Source: Octopus vulgaris (lineage: Eukaryota). From it: a stretch of DNA of 64,000 nt. Made by a program: the position numbers and the translations under genes. Numbering within the stretch: position 1 is the stretch's first letter; each line of letters begins with the position of its first letter. Shown here in pieces: positions 1 to 12,444 of this stretch. The DNA lies in NCBI GenBank assembly GCA_951406725.2, contig OX597827.1, positions 82,770,001 through 82,834,000 of the forward strand. The letters run 5' to 3'. The notes under the pieces are model-generated. The model was not told where the DNA came from and made no database searches. It saw nothing but the letters and a program-made list of their open reading frames with translations.

Positions 1-660
1 ATATAAATATGTGTGTATAAGTATGCTATATAAATATGTGTGTGTGCATAGCTATATATGTATTTGTATGTATATCTATATGTATGTGTATGTCATTCGC
101 TGATGTCTATTAAAAGGTAAAGATGTAAATATCACCAACAAAGCCAATAAAATGGGTCTTTTGAAGAGATTGCTCGTGATATAAAACATAATTAAAATAA
201 AAGGAAAAGAAGAAAATAAAACCCAGTCAGCACCCCCCCCTCGTTGGTCCATCTTCCTGCCAACAACACCAGCAAAACAGGTCAAATACATTATTTCTAT
301 CAAACACACTTTTGCTGGTGTCGTTTGACCTCTGTTAGCCCTGACTCAATATATCTAAGGTCAAAGACAGTCCAACTGTGACCATCCCATCAGTTTCTTC
401 TGTGTCTGTATTACAATTATCTAATGTTTCATTCCATTTTTAAGGTGGTAGGGTCAGTTTCGAGGGGGACTCAGTGGCTATTTCTAGTAAGCCTTTAGTC
501 TTAGTTCTGACATTTGGAAAATAATGATAAAACAGACAAAAATACCACCATGATTCCGTTCCATGCAACAGAAATATAAAATGAGGAATATTTTCTGTTT
601 TGTAAATAACTGTAAAGAATTGATGCTGTTTAATATTCCTGAATCATTTCAATGAAATAA

Positions 661-678
661 TGTTTTGTTCTCTTTCAG
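661..678 (+). other. Splice acceptor upstream of the protocadherin ATG (implies a non-coding 5' exon further upstream)
   Basis: Polypyrimidine tract tgttttgttctctttc followed by AG at 677-678, 58 nt before the ATG. Confidence 0.7.
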
Positions 679-736
679 AAAGGTTTCCTAGATTCCAAGA
701 GTGCATGGCTTCAATAAAAGAACTTTGCCAAGAACC

Positions 737-3115
737 ATGTTGGTTTCTATGTATATACTGATATCATATATATACTGTTTATTCCATGTATGCCTGTGTG
801 TTGATATCATTTATTACGTGGAGGAAGAGAAACACTCAGGAAGTTTCATTGGAGATATCGCAATGGATTCACACATGTTCGATGAAATGACATCAGAAAA
901 TAGCGATCTCAGTTTTAGTGAACTGAGGCGGAAAATATCAACGAAGAGTCAATTATTCAATGTGACCAAGAATGGTAAACTGTACACAGCCCAGGTTCTG
1001 GATGCTGAATCCCTTTGTACGGACTATACGGAATGTTTTAGAATCATTAAAGTTGCCATCCGCAAAGCGAAAACCTTTATGAAGATACTCAAAGTTAAAG
1101 TGATTATAGAGGATATCAACGACAATCGACCAGAGTTTCCTGATAAAGAGATCTCGCTTCAGTTTTCTGAAGGTGATGCTGTAGGAATGGTAAAATCTAT
1201 TCCAAATGCCATTGACAAAGATGTCAGCCTCCTCAATTCTCAAATTTCTTACAAATTAAGAAATGAGATTAGGAATGAAAATATATTTTCTTTGTTTGTG
1301 TCTCGAAGAGCTGATGGAATCTCTACTCTTGGAATAGTCTTAGAGAAAAGACTTGACCGAGAAGCAAAAGATAATTATAGAATTCAAATTGTTGCAACTG
1401 ACAAAGGCTCCAAACCAAAGCAAAGTATTTTGAATGTTAGAATTTCTGTAAAAGATGAAAATGATAACAGACCAATTTTTTCCCCAAACATTTACAACAT
1501 TACAATAAAACACACTCACAAATTAAAAACACCTGTGATTCTTTTGTCTGCTGTTGATTTGGACATAAATAATAATGCTAAAGTTACTTATCACTTCAGT
1601 CCGAAAACATCAGACATTGCCAAAAAGTACTTTTTATTAAATTCAAGAACTGGAGAGGTTGTTTTAATACAGAGTCCAAAATTAAATGATAAATTGCCTT
1701 ATAAATTATATATTGAAGCCAAAGATGGAGGTAGTCCTCCACTTACTTCCATAGCAACAGTTCTGGTAAATGTTATCAACCAACACAACAATCCTCCATC
1801 TATTGACATTGATTATGTGTCTGCAATCAGTGACAACACAGCTACCATTTCTGAAGACATCAAAGTTGGTAGTTTCATTGCTTATGTGATGGTCACTGAC
1901 AATGATGTGGGACAAAATGGAGAGGTCAGCTGTGATATCAAAGACAATAAATTTAAACTACAATCCATGGGGCCAAAAGAATTTAAAGTTGTTATGAAAA
2001 GTCAAGTTGACAGGGAAATCAAAGACAACTTCAATGTAACCATCGTTTGTCAGGATAAAGGTTTCCCTTCCCTTAAAGCAGAAAAAGCCTTCTCTATCCA
2101 TGTTACTGACATCAACGATGTACGACCACAGTTTACCAAAGAAACTTTCCAGTTTCTCACCTATGAAAACGAGGAGGCAAATTTCCCAATCGGTTTCGTC
2201 AATGCTACAGACCCAGATCTAGGCTCAGGTGGTCTCTTAACTTACGCACTTATTTCTAACAACAATAATTTTAACTTACCATTCCACATCACTGATTATG
2301 GTTTTATTTCAACATCAGAAACTTTAGACAGAGAACAACAAAATATTTACAAATTTCAAGTTTTGGTTAAAGACAATGGGAAAATAGCTTTAAATAACAC
2401 AGCCAATGTTGTTGTGGAAGTTTTAGATGAAAATGACAATGCTCCCTATTTCACGTTTCCTAGTGTTGACCCGTTTAATCTTGATGTCCACTACCATCCC
2501 CAGAGTAAGAGTGACATCACTGTACTAAGGGCCTCTGACAGGGACAGTGGCAATAATGCCTTTCTTAAGTATGAAATACTAAGTGGCAATAATAAACTCT
2601 TGTTTACGGTCAATCACTACACAGGGTTGTTAGCTTTCTCACGGCCAGTTTACCAAAATGATGTAGGAACTTATAATTTAGTGTTTGCCATCAAAGACAG
2701 TGGCAGTCCGGTTTTGTCTGCTACCACAACTATCTCGCTAACTCTGACTGTTAGTAACAGCACATCAACGATGTTTGTATCGGTCCCTTTACAATCAGAT
2801 AACATGATAAATCTTACCTGGGTTATAATTATAGTCGTGGCAGCCGTGGTGGTGTCTGTAGCGGTTGTCATTGCAATTACTTTGTGTATAATAAGGTTTA
2901 ATAATAATAGAAATGTATTAATGAGACAAGGGGAGGCACAGCCCTACCAATCAAGGACAGAAATGAGACAATTAATTTACCAAACAAATAGCAATCCTAT
3001 TCTTATGGCGAGGAACACGCAACAACTTCTAAACAGAAATTCTCTATCACTTGAATCAACAAACCAGTTTTATCCAGAAATGAAATCCCTCACAGACTGG
3101 AAGAATTCAGCTTTG
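737..3115 (+). CDS. Protocadherin, large first coding exon (signal peptide, 6 cadherin repeats, TM, start of cytoplasmic tail)
   Basis: ORF 701-3124; first in-frame ATG at 737 (accATG) precedes a hydrophobic signal peptide. Cadherin linker motifs DINDNRPEF, DENDNRPIF, NQHNNPPSI, DINDVRPQF, DENDNAPYF, plus LDRE and AxDxD motifs. C-X5-C (CTDYTEC) in EC1 as in protocadherins. TM segment WVIIIVVAAVVVSVAVVIAITLCII. Phase-0 donor TTG|GTAAGA at 3115/3116, just before the ORF stop. Confidence 0.95.
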
Positions 3116-4046
3116 GTAAGATAACTTCTTCATATTTAATCAACTAAAATTAATTTCTTGCTAATTTCAATTCATAATTACAAAAGTCAATTCTCCTTCA
3201 TTTTTCTCTTTTCACTTCTCTCTCTCTCTCTCTCTCTCTTTCTTTTCTCTCCCCTCCTCACTCTTCTTCTCTCTTTCTTTTTCCCTCTCTCTCTCTTACA
3301 CTCTGTCCTTCCTTCTCTTATTCTTCCCTCTTCTTTCTTCTCTCTCCTTCTCTCTCTTTCTCTATGTGCTTCAATACATGTGTATGTGCATGGGGATGTA
3401 TAGATGCCTAGTTAACTATTAGTGTGTGTGTGTGTGTGTGCATGTATATTAAGGTTCCTCAATGCCTGTGTTTCTATATGCATATGTCTGTGTGAGTGTG
3501 GAAGAATGATTGCAAATGAGAGGTGTTTGCAGGAGTAGAATGACTGGATTAATAAACATAAACAAACCCACACACACATAACATGGTCCAATCCAATGAT
3601 AGAAACTTCCAACGGTCAAACAACTGGACTGGGTTGTACAAAACTACTGCACCTTACATTGAGTGCATCTTCTCCGGATCGTTACATAACAACAAATGTA
3701 GCATTCACTTGTTTTACACCCGTTTTTCTATGTCAGCATGGGTTAGACAAATGTATCAATGTGGCTTTGTTTTACAGTCAAATGTCGTCCATATTGTTAA
3801 CCCTTATTTGTTTTTCAAGTATGGTGTTGGTGTCACATAAAGAGCGCTAGTGTTGGTGCTATGTAAAAGGTACTGGTGTCAGAGTACATAAAAAGCATAC
3901 AGTAACTCTGTAAAGTGGTAGGCATTAGGAAAGGCATCCAGCCATAGAAACAAAACAGACAGACTTACCTGCTCTTGTCAAACCACCCAACCCTTGCCAG
4001 CATGGAAAACAGACACCAAATGATGATGATGATGGTGATGATGATG

Positions 4047-4093
<47 letters not shown>

Positions 4094-4415
4094 AAAGACG
4101 ACGATGATGATGATGATGATGATGATGACGACGACGATGATGATGATGATGATGACGACGACAACGACGACGATGATGATGATGATGATGATGATGGTGA
4201 TGAGGATGATGATGATGCACACATACATAGTCATTCATTGATTCAATGTATATCTGGTGTTTAGCTTGTGAGTGGATGAGAGCTGTGTTGAAGCTTAACG
4301 AGAAGTGAGGTATAATTTGGTTAAGAGTGGTATCATCTGCGCATATATGCACATATATCTACACATAAATGATTATATATATATGTATACGCAAAGTATG
4401 GGGGTTTCCCTATTT

Positions 4416-4471
4416 GTCTCTGATGACGGAATATCCCATATTCAAGGATATCCCAGAAACAGCTGTAAGGT
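4416..4471 (+). ncRNA. Minimal type I hammerhead ribozyme motif in the protocadherin intron
   Basis: gtct-CTGATGA-c-ggaatatcc-catattcaa-ggatatccc-a-GAAA-cagctg-TA-aggt. Intact core, 8/9-bp stem II, palindromic ACAGCTGT stem III, GUA site, 4-bp stem I with two G-U pairs. Confidence 0.7.
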
Positions 4472-4553
4472 TTTGAATTTCTTCCTGTAATAATACTGTA
4501 TATGACTTGAGATGTTTGCCTTGCCTTAACCCATGTTGTCCTCTTCAATAATT

Positions 4554-4588
<35 letters not shown>

Positions 4589-4873
4589 GTTTATTGAACC
4601 TATATTTTCCATATTTTTATCTTGTGATACAAGTTTCATTCTACAGTGATCTTCAGGTGAGAACCTCACCTGATGATTGTAGTAACATGAAACATGAGTC
4701 ACAAAAAAAAGTTTAGTTTCCATAAACCATATATTCGAACACATATTGAGCACCTTTCTCACTCTTTAACACTCCAGCATTCATATACGCACACACACAT
4801 ATGTATATATTTACGCACAAACAGACACATATATATTTGTGTATATAAACACACATATTATCATCTCCTTCAG

Positions 4874-5126
4874 TTATACAACCGGCCTATAACTGTGACA
4901 TCATATGGTGAACCAACAGAACAGAATGCAGTGACTGTTGCAAGTTACCTCAGTGACACATTATCAACACGAGGAGGCGGTGGAGGAGGAGGTGGAGGAG
5001 GAGGGGAATGTGAACTGGCATGGAAGGAGAGTCAGTATGAATCAACACGAGGAGGAGGAGGAGGTGGAGTAGGAGTAGGAGAGAATGAACTGGCATGGAA
5101 GGAGAGTCAGTATGAAGAAATTCCAG
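4874..5126 (+). CDS. Protocadherin cytoplasmic exon 2 (LYNRPITVTSYGEPT...ELAWKESQYEEIP)
   Basis: Acceptor tcatctccttcAG at 4872-4873 in phase 0, matching the 3115 donor. Open frame (ORF 4694-5146), GC-richer than its flanks. Donor CAG|GTTGGT at 5126/5127, phase 1. Confidence 0.8.
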
Positions 5127-5167
5127 GTTGGTTAAATTTTTTTTAAATTTCTTTATTCCTTGTTTAA

Positions 5168-5411
5168 TCTATATATATAAAACAAAGGATGTCTGTGTAT
5201 GTATGTGTGTGTCTGTGTGTGTGATATGTATGCATTTCTTCAGTTTTCAACCAATTTTCACCAAACTTTACACACACATTACTTATGTGCCAAGGATGGT
5301 CAGCACTATACTGTCTTGCCCAGAGCTCCTACAAAAAGCAAGAAACTGGAGGAAATGGTGTTTCACACAGGCTTTTCTCTAAAAACTGTAGTTTTCAACC
5401 GATTCTCTCCC
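5168..5411 (+). mobile_element. Non-autonomous Helitron-like 5' fragment
   Basis: A|TCTATATATATAAAA start, GTCTGTGT microsatellite, repeated gttttcaaccrattyt motif. Confidence 0.5.
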
Positions 5412-5506
5412 TTATATATATATATATATGTTATAAACAGACTTGATACCTGCTGACTGCCAGTTTATGCCTTTATACCATTATACATACATATATACAT
5501 ACATAC

Positions 5507-5537
<31 letters not shown>

Positions 5538-5686
5538 CATACATACATACATACATACATACATAATATATACTTACATGCATACATACATTGTTTACAT
5601 ACTTACGTTTTAAATCTTTCAGCATTATATTCCATATACAATGCTTCAAGCATTATATTCCATATACAATGCTTCAAGACATAAAA

Positions 5687-5756
<70 letters not shown>

Positions 5757-5763
5757 CGTATCT

Positions 5764-5816
<53 letters not shown>

Positions 5817-6410
5817 TATATATACATATATACATGTATATATATATATATACATATATATATACATATATATATGCATACATATATATATGGAGGAGGA
5901 GCAACCATCGGTTACAACAACAAGGGTTCCAGCTGATACGATGGACGGAGCACCTTTCAGTTTCCATCTAGCAAATCCACTCACAAGGCTTTAGTCAGCC
6001 AAAGGCTATAGAAGATGCTTGCATAAGGTGCCACACAGCAGGATTGAGCCAGGAACCATGTGGTTGGAAAAAAAACTTCTTACCCCGCAGCTATGTCTTT
6101 TTATGTGCCACTGGTGCTTTTTATGTGCCACTGACATGAAGTGCCAGACAGGCAGGGCTGTACTCTTTCACCACAACTTTCTCTCACTCCTTCTTCCTGT
6201 TTCTGTGGTACCTGTATTTCAAAGGGCCAGCCTTGTCACACTCTGTGCCATACTGAATCTCCCTGAAAACTACGTTAAGGGTACACGGGTCTATGGAGTG
6301 CTCAGCAACTTGCACGTTAATTTCACGAGCAAGCTGTTCCATTGATAGGATCAACTGGAACCCTCATCGTCGTAAGCGACGGAGTGCCACGATGGATATA
6401 TATATATATG

Positions 6411-6638
6411 TTTCTTTACTACCCACAAGGGGCTAAACACAGAAGGGACAAACAAGGACAGACAAAGGGATTAAGTCGATACATCGACCTCAGTGCGTAA
6501 CTGGTACTTAATTTATTGACCCCGAAAGGATGAAAGGCAAAGTTGACCTCGGCAGAATTTGAACTCAGAACGTCAAGACAGACGAAATACGGCTACGCAT
6601 TTCGCCTGGCGTGCTAACGATTCTACCAGCTCGCCACC
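6411..6638 (-). mobile_element. SINE family B copy
   Basis: Reverse complement of 24216-24445. Confidence 0.85.
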
Positions 6639-6642
6639 TTTA

Positions 6643-6785
<143 letters not shown>

Positions 6786-7693
6786 CCATCATGGCACTCC
6801 ATATCCATATCAGCAGTGCATCAGCATGGCCGCAGCTCTGAGCTGAAACTAAAAAAAAAAAATATATATATATATATGTATATATATGTGTGAGTGTATA
6901 TATATATATATATACATATATAGTTATATTATATATAATGTGTGTGTGTGTGTATACACATGTATGTATATGTATATGTATGTATGTTTAGAACCACTGC
7001 CTCTTCAGCTTCAATGTCCAGAGATACTGGTCAATATTTGGTCCACACAATTTCTCACCTGATCACTATCAAACACTGCAATTTTAACCAACTCCACTGT
7101 CCATTATTCACCTTTGACCCATACAGGTCACTGAACTGTTAATACCAGACCATGCCAGATATAAATCATTCTCTTTGATTGTCTGGCTTTCTCCTGGTCA
7201 TTTCACCATTTCTGATATTTTCCTATAGATGTTTCAGGATATATATATACATGTGTGCTTGTGTGTATACATGCATTTTCATGTATATTATATACATACA
7301 CATGCACATACATCTTCATGTATAATTAAATATACACATGTCTTTATGTATTGTTATATGAATATATATTTTTACCTTTAGGTGTTCTCATGTATAATTA
7401 TATAGACACACACACTGTCATGTACAGCTATATACATAAATATTTCTATATTTAGTTATAAATGCATATATTTTCAAATATATAAATGTGTGTGTATGTG
7501 TGTTTGTGCATATGCAGGTATGCTTACATTTTTATGTGTGTGTATGTGTGTATTTCTATATTATTTATACATATACACACACACACACATATATATATGT
7601 GTATCTCTCTCTATATATATATGATGTCCTGTGCCCACATATGCATATGTATATATATATGTATAGATGTATGTACATATATGTGTGAATATA

Positions 7694-7749
<56 letters not shown>

Positions 7750-7789
7750 CATGTATGTATATATAAATATATATATATACACACACACA

Positions 7790-7854
<65 letters not shown>

Positions 7855-7915
7855 GTATGTATTTACATATGCACATTTTCATCATGTATACTTAAAGACT
7901 TATTCTCAAATGTAG

Positions 7916-7951
<36 letters not shown>

Positions 7952-8482
7952 ACACACACATCCCCAAACATATTCTGTAGAGCAAAATCTTCTTCCTTCC
8001 AGTATATCAGTGAGAAAAAAATTTATTAAGCAGTAAGTAATTTAAAATTCCTTTGTCAAATTTGCCATTCTGTCTGCAAAACTTTGTATTTCTTATTGAC
8101 AGCATTGATATCTTATAATAGAATCCTTAGTTTTTTTTCTTTTAGTAAACAAACATAACAACTCCACATCCTGTTTGTGTGGCAATGCATGTTCAACAAT
8201 GGTTTTTGCCCATTAAATTCCAGGTGCATTTGGACAAGGTTTTGTTATAATATCTGTGAGAAATATTAAAAGTATGAATGCACTGAGAATACCTTGTTTT
8301 GCAAGGATTTTAACTTCTGGGGGTGATTTTATCAGTAAAGGGGGCTTTTGCATGGTAAACTGCAGATATTGAAAGATATCAAACATTTTGTTAGAAGGTA
8401 GTAGGAATATTACAGGTGTGTAATGGTAAAAAATTCAACTAGTTAGGGATGGCTTATTTCCCCCATATATTTTTACAGAAAT

Positions 8483-8720
8483 ACTCCTTTACTCTTTTAC
8501 TTGTTTCAGTCATTTGTTTTTGGCCATACTGGAGCACCGCCTTTAGTTGAGCAAATCGACCCCATGACTTATTCTTTATAAGCCTAGTACTTATTTTATC
8601 AGTCTCTATTGCCAAACTGCTAAGTAACGGGGACATAAATACACCAGCATTGGTTGTCAAGCGATGTTGGGGAGGACCAACGCAGACACACAAACACATA
8701 TATATACATACATACATATA

Positions 8721-8761
<41 letters not shown>

Positions 8762-8909
8762 CAGGCTTCTTTCAGTTTCCATCTACCAAATCCACTCACA
8801 AGGCTTTGGTCGGCCTGAGGCTATAGTAGAAGACACCATGCAGTGGGACTGAACCTGGAATCATGTGGTTGGTAAGCAAGCTACTTACCACACAGCCACT
8901 CCTGCGCCT
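8483..8909 (-). mobile_element. SINE family A copy
   Basis: Reverse complement of 33276-33686. Confidence 0.85.
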
Positions 8910-9265
8910 ACCACACAGCCACAATTCGCTAGTATTTGTGATATTTATGGTGGGAAAGTGTCTACACACTGAATATAGAAAATATTTTGGGATGTTAAAG
9001 TGTAATTTTAAGCAATAAGTTGAATAATACTATTTCTCATCATGTTGGGCTGTAGCATCAAGGTTTATGATACAATTAAATCTTCTTTATTCAAAAAGAC
9101 AGCTACTTGTCTTTCGTATACCTTTTTGGTCTTACCTACAATCCAAGAAAACTCCACACTACTGACTCATCAACCTACACCAAATAAAGCTGAAGCAAAT
9201 CTTTTTAGATACAATTCTATGGTTTCACAAGATATATATATATATATATATATTTATATACATAT

Positions 9266-10248
9266 AGACCCAGGAAGACCTGGGATGAGGTGGTGAAGCA
9301 TGACCTTCGAACATTGGGCCTTTCCGAGGCAATGACAAGTGACCAAGACCTTTGGAGATATGCTGTGCTTGAGAAGATTCGGCAAGCCAAGTGAGACCCT
9401 AACCATGGCCTATGCCAGTGCTGCATAACCAGCCCATTTAAGAGTACCCTTCAAACATTGGGCAATAATCTCCACTTGCAAAGACCTATTGAGGCAAGTG
9501 AAATCGTTGTCGTGGCCAATGACAATACCGTCCAACTGGCACCCGTGCCAGTGGAACAATAAAAGCACCATTTGAGTGTAATCATTGCCAGTGCCGCCTG
9601 ACTGGCTCCTGTGCAGGTGGAACGTGAAAAACACCATTTGAGCATGGCTGTTGCCACTACCGCCAGACTGGCCCTCGTACTGGTGGAACATTATAGCATT
9701 CCCTACACTGTCAGAGTGGTTGGTGTTAGGAAGAGCATTCCAGCTGTAGAAACTTGGCCAGATCAGATTGGAGCCTGGTGCAGCCTTCTGGCTCACCAGC
9801 CCTCACTCAAACTATATATGTGGAATGTTAAGAGCACCATCTGCCAAAGCAGCAGACTGGCTTCCATGCCGGTGGCACATAAAAAGCACCATTCAAATGT
9901 AATCGTTACCAGTGTCGCTTTACTGGCACTTGTGCCGGCGGCACGTTTAAAACATTCCAGCGAGGTCGTTGCCAGTGCCGCTGGACTAGCTCCTGTGCAG
10001 GTGGCATGTAAAAAACACCACTTGAGCATGGCTATTGCCAGTACCGCCAGACTGTGCCTTGTGCCAGTGGCACAAAAAAGCATCCACCACACTCTCGGAG
10101 GGGTTGGCGTTAGGAAGGGCATCCAGCTGTAGAAACCCTGCCAGATCAGATTGGAGCCTGGTGCAGCCATCTGGTTGCCAGTCCTCAGTCAAATCGTCCA
10201 ACCCATGCTAGCATGGAAAGCAGAAGTTAAATGATGATGATGATGATG
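9266..10248 (+). mobile_element. Retroposon family C with internal tandem units and (GAT)n tail
   Basis: Repeated gtgccrgtggcacgtaaaaagcacca units, then ggcgttaggaagggcatccagc..catgctagcatggaaa..(gat)n. Other copies at 3850-4217, 13028-13218, 14940-15201, 37068-37280, 41381-41575 and 54928-55150. Confidence 0.8.
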
Positions 10249-10315
10249 TATACATATATTGCAAAAGCAAGAATTATCTCCATTGCAAATCACATTAACA
10301 TTTTTCTTTCTACAG

Positions 10316-10341
10316 ATCAAATATATCAGAAACTTAACTGA
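10316..10341 (+). CDS. Candidate terminal coding exon of the protocadherin (DQIYQKLN*)
   Basis: Strong acceptor cacattaacatttttctttctacAG at 10314-10315. A phase-1 join to exon 2 gives YEEIPDQIYQKLN-stop (about 885 aa in total). Followed by ~350 nt of non-repetitive sequence with ATTAAA near 10683. Alternative acceptors near 7228 and 7381 are not excluded. Confidence 0.45.
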
Positions 10342-10711
10342 ATTGACTTTAAAAGTTTGTTTAGTTGAAGACCCTGTTTAACGTATTTCTTATTCCGGCC
10401 GGGTGGGTGGTCACATGAACTGGCAAATACCTTTTTGTTGATTTTCTATAAATGAAACTACAGCTTCCTAAATCATCTTTGGTTTCTCTCTCCCTCATGG
10501 TGCATCCAGAAGTGATGATAGACAAATAGCTAGAAATGCATTCATTTATGTACCGAATGGTCTCCCAAGGTGGCTGATGGCATTCTGGCATCTATTGTCT
10601 AAAGCAGGAATTTTCTCCATGGCAAGCCACAAGGAAAACTGGCCTTTTTATGAGTGAAATATGTTCAAACATACGTGAACTGATTAAAAAATTCATGACA
10701 CTGCTTAGCAT

Positions 10712-11066
10712 GCAGTGGCTGTGTGGTAAGTAGCTTGCTTACCAACCATATGGTTCCAGGTTCAGTTCCACCACGGGGTACTTTGAGCAAGTGTCTTCTA
10801 CTATACCCTTGGACCGACCAAATCTTTGTGAGATGACAATTGAAACTGAAAGAAGCCCATTGTGTGTGTCTGTGTTTGTCCCCCCACTATCACTTGACAA
10901 CCGATGCTGGTGTGTTTATGTCCCCGTACCTTAGCAGTTCAGCAAAAGAGACCTATAGGATAAATATTAGATTTACAAAGGATGAGTGCTAGGGTCAATT
11001 AGTTAGACTAAAGGTGGTGCTCCAGCATGGCCGCAGCCAAATGACTGAAATAACTAAAAGAGTAAA
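10712..11066 (+). mobile_element. SINE family A copy
   Basis: Collinear with 33276-33686. Confidence 0.85.
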
Positions 11067-11532
11067 TTATACTATTCTGTCTCGGCATCCCCTTGCTACA
11101 TATGGTCTTTGGGCAGAAACTGGCCCCAACAAATCTATACGCACATGCAAAAACCAAACAGGATGTAACACTAAATGCATAAATTAATTTTGCTAAATTC
11201 TCTCCCATTTTTATGAGACTCCAACATCTGCCACAAAACTTTTTGTTTTCCCTCCAATTAACAAGGAAATTCCAACTCACAATGGAATTCTTGTCTGTCT
11301 CACTCTGCAGACCAAAACCATAAAATACTGATAAAAATTCATGGCATCAACCACATCAATTATTTCTTTTACCTCGTTTTAATTTTTCATTAAACATTAG
11401 TCACATGCGTGTGAGATCATGCATAGACATGTAAGTGTGTTCATACACACACACATACACACACACATATATATACATATATACAATAAATACATATACA
11501 TATATATATATATATATCATCATCATATATAT

Positions 11533-11581
<49 letters not shown>

Positions 11582-11651
11582 ATCATCTTATCCATCTCCC
11601 TTAAAACTGCTGGCCTTGTGCCAAAATTTAAAACCATTATCATTGTCATTA

Positions 11652-11820
11652 TTATTACCCCCCCCCTCTTAGTGAAGGCAGGGGTATCGTTTTCAGTTGT
11701 GTTTGTTTGTTTGTTTGACCGTGGAGAACTGCTGGAACTCAAGAACTCAAGAACTGCAGGATGGATTCAGATGAAACTATCAGAGATGCTTGGCCTCACG
11801 ACTGGCTCAAACTGATTAGG
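11652..11820 (+). mobile_element. Helentron/DINE-1-like non-autonomous fragment
   Basis: ttattacccc..ggggt subterminal hairpin, (GTTT)n, then ggatggattcagatgaaact. Confidence 0.45.
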
Positions 11821-12363
11821 CATTTCATCCATCTTTACTTTCTCAGTTCAAATTCTGCTGAGGTCAACGTTGACTTTCATCTTTTCGGGGGTCAATAAAA
11901 TAAGTACCAGCTGAATACTGGGGTCGATGTAATTGGCCTACCTCCTTCCCCCCAAATTTCATGCCCTGTTCCCAAAGCAAAAAAGAATGATAAGAATAAT
12001 CCTTTCTATTATAAGCACAAGGCCTGAAATTTGGGGGGAGGGGGGTAAGTTGATTACATTGACCCCAGTATTCAACCGGTACTTATGTTATCAGCCCCCG
12101 AAAAGATAAAAGGCAAAGTTGACCTCAGCAGGATTTGAACTCCGTACATAAAAACAAATGAAGTGCTACTAAGCATTTTGTCCGTCATGCATTCAGTAAT
12201 AATAACAATAATAATAAGAAGAAGAAGAAGAAGAAGAAGAAGAATAGTAATAATAATAATGATGATGATGATGATGATGATGATGACGACGACGACGATG
12301 ACGATGATGATGATGATGATGATGTTGATGATAATAATAATAATCATCATCATCATCATCGTT

Positions 12364-12444
<81 letters not shown>

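Noticed and set aside
701-736. GTG start of the 807-aa ORF as listed in the track
   Set aside because: Eukaryotic gene: ATG 737 directly precedes the signal peptide, and the ORF's last residues (VR*) are intronic.
4647-4656. Possible 10-nt micro-exon (ctacag|tgatcttcag|gtgaga)
   Set aside because: Would begin with an in-frame stop and lies within a palindromic repeat remnant.
9500-10100. Regularly recurring gtgccggtggcacgtaaaaagcacca units resembling a CRISPR array
   Set aside because: Intervening segments are related to each other, and the units are internal to an interspersed eukaryotic retroposon; no cas genes.
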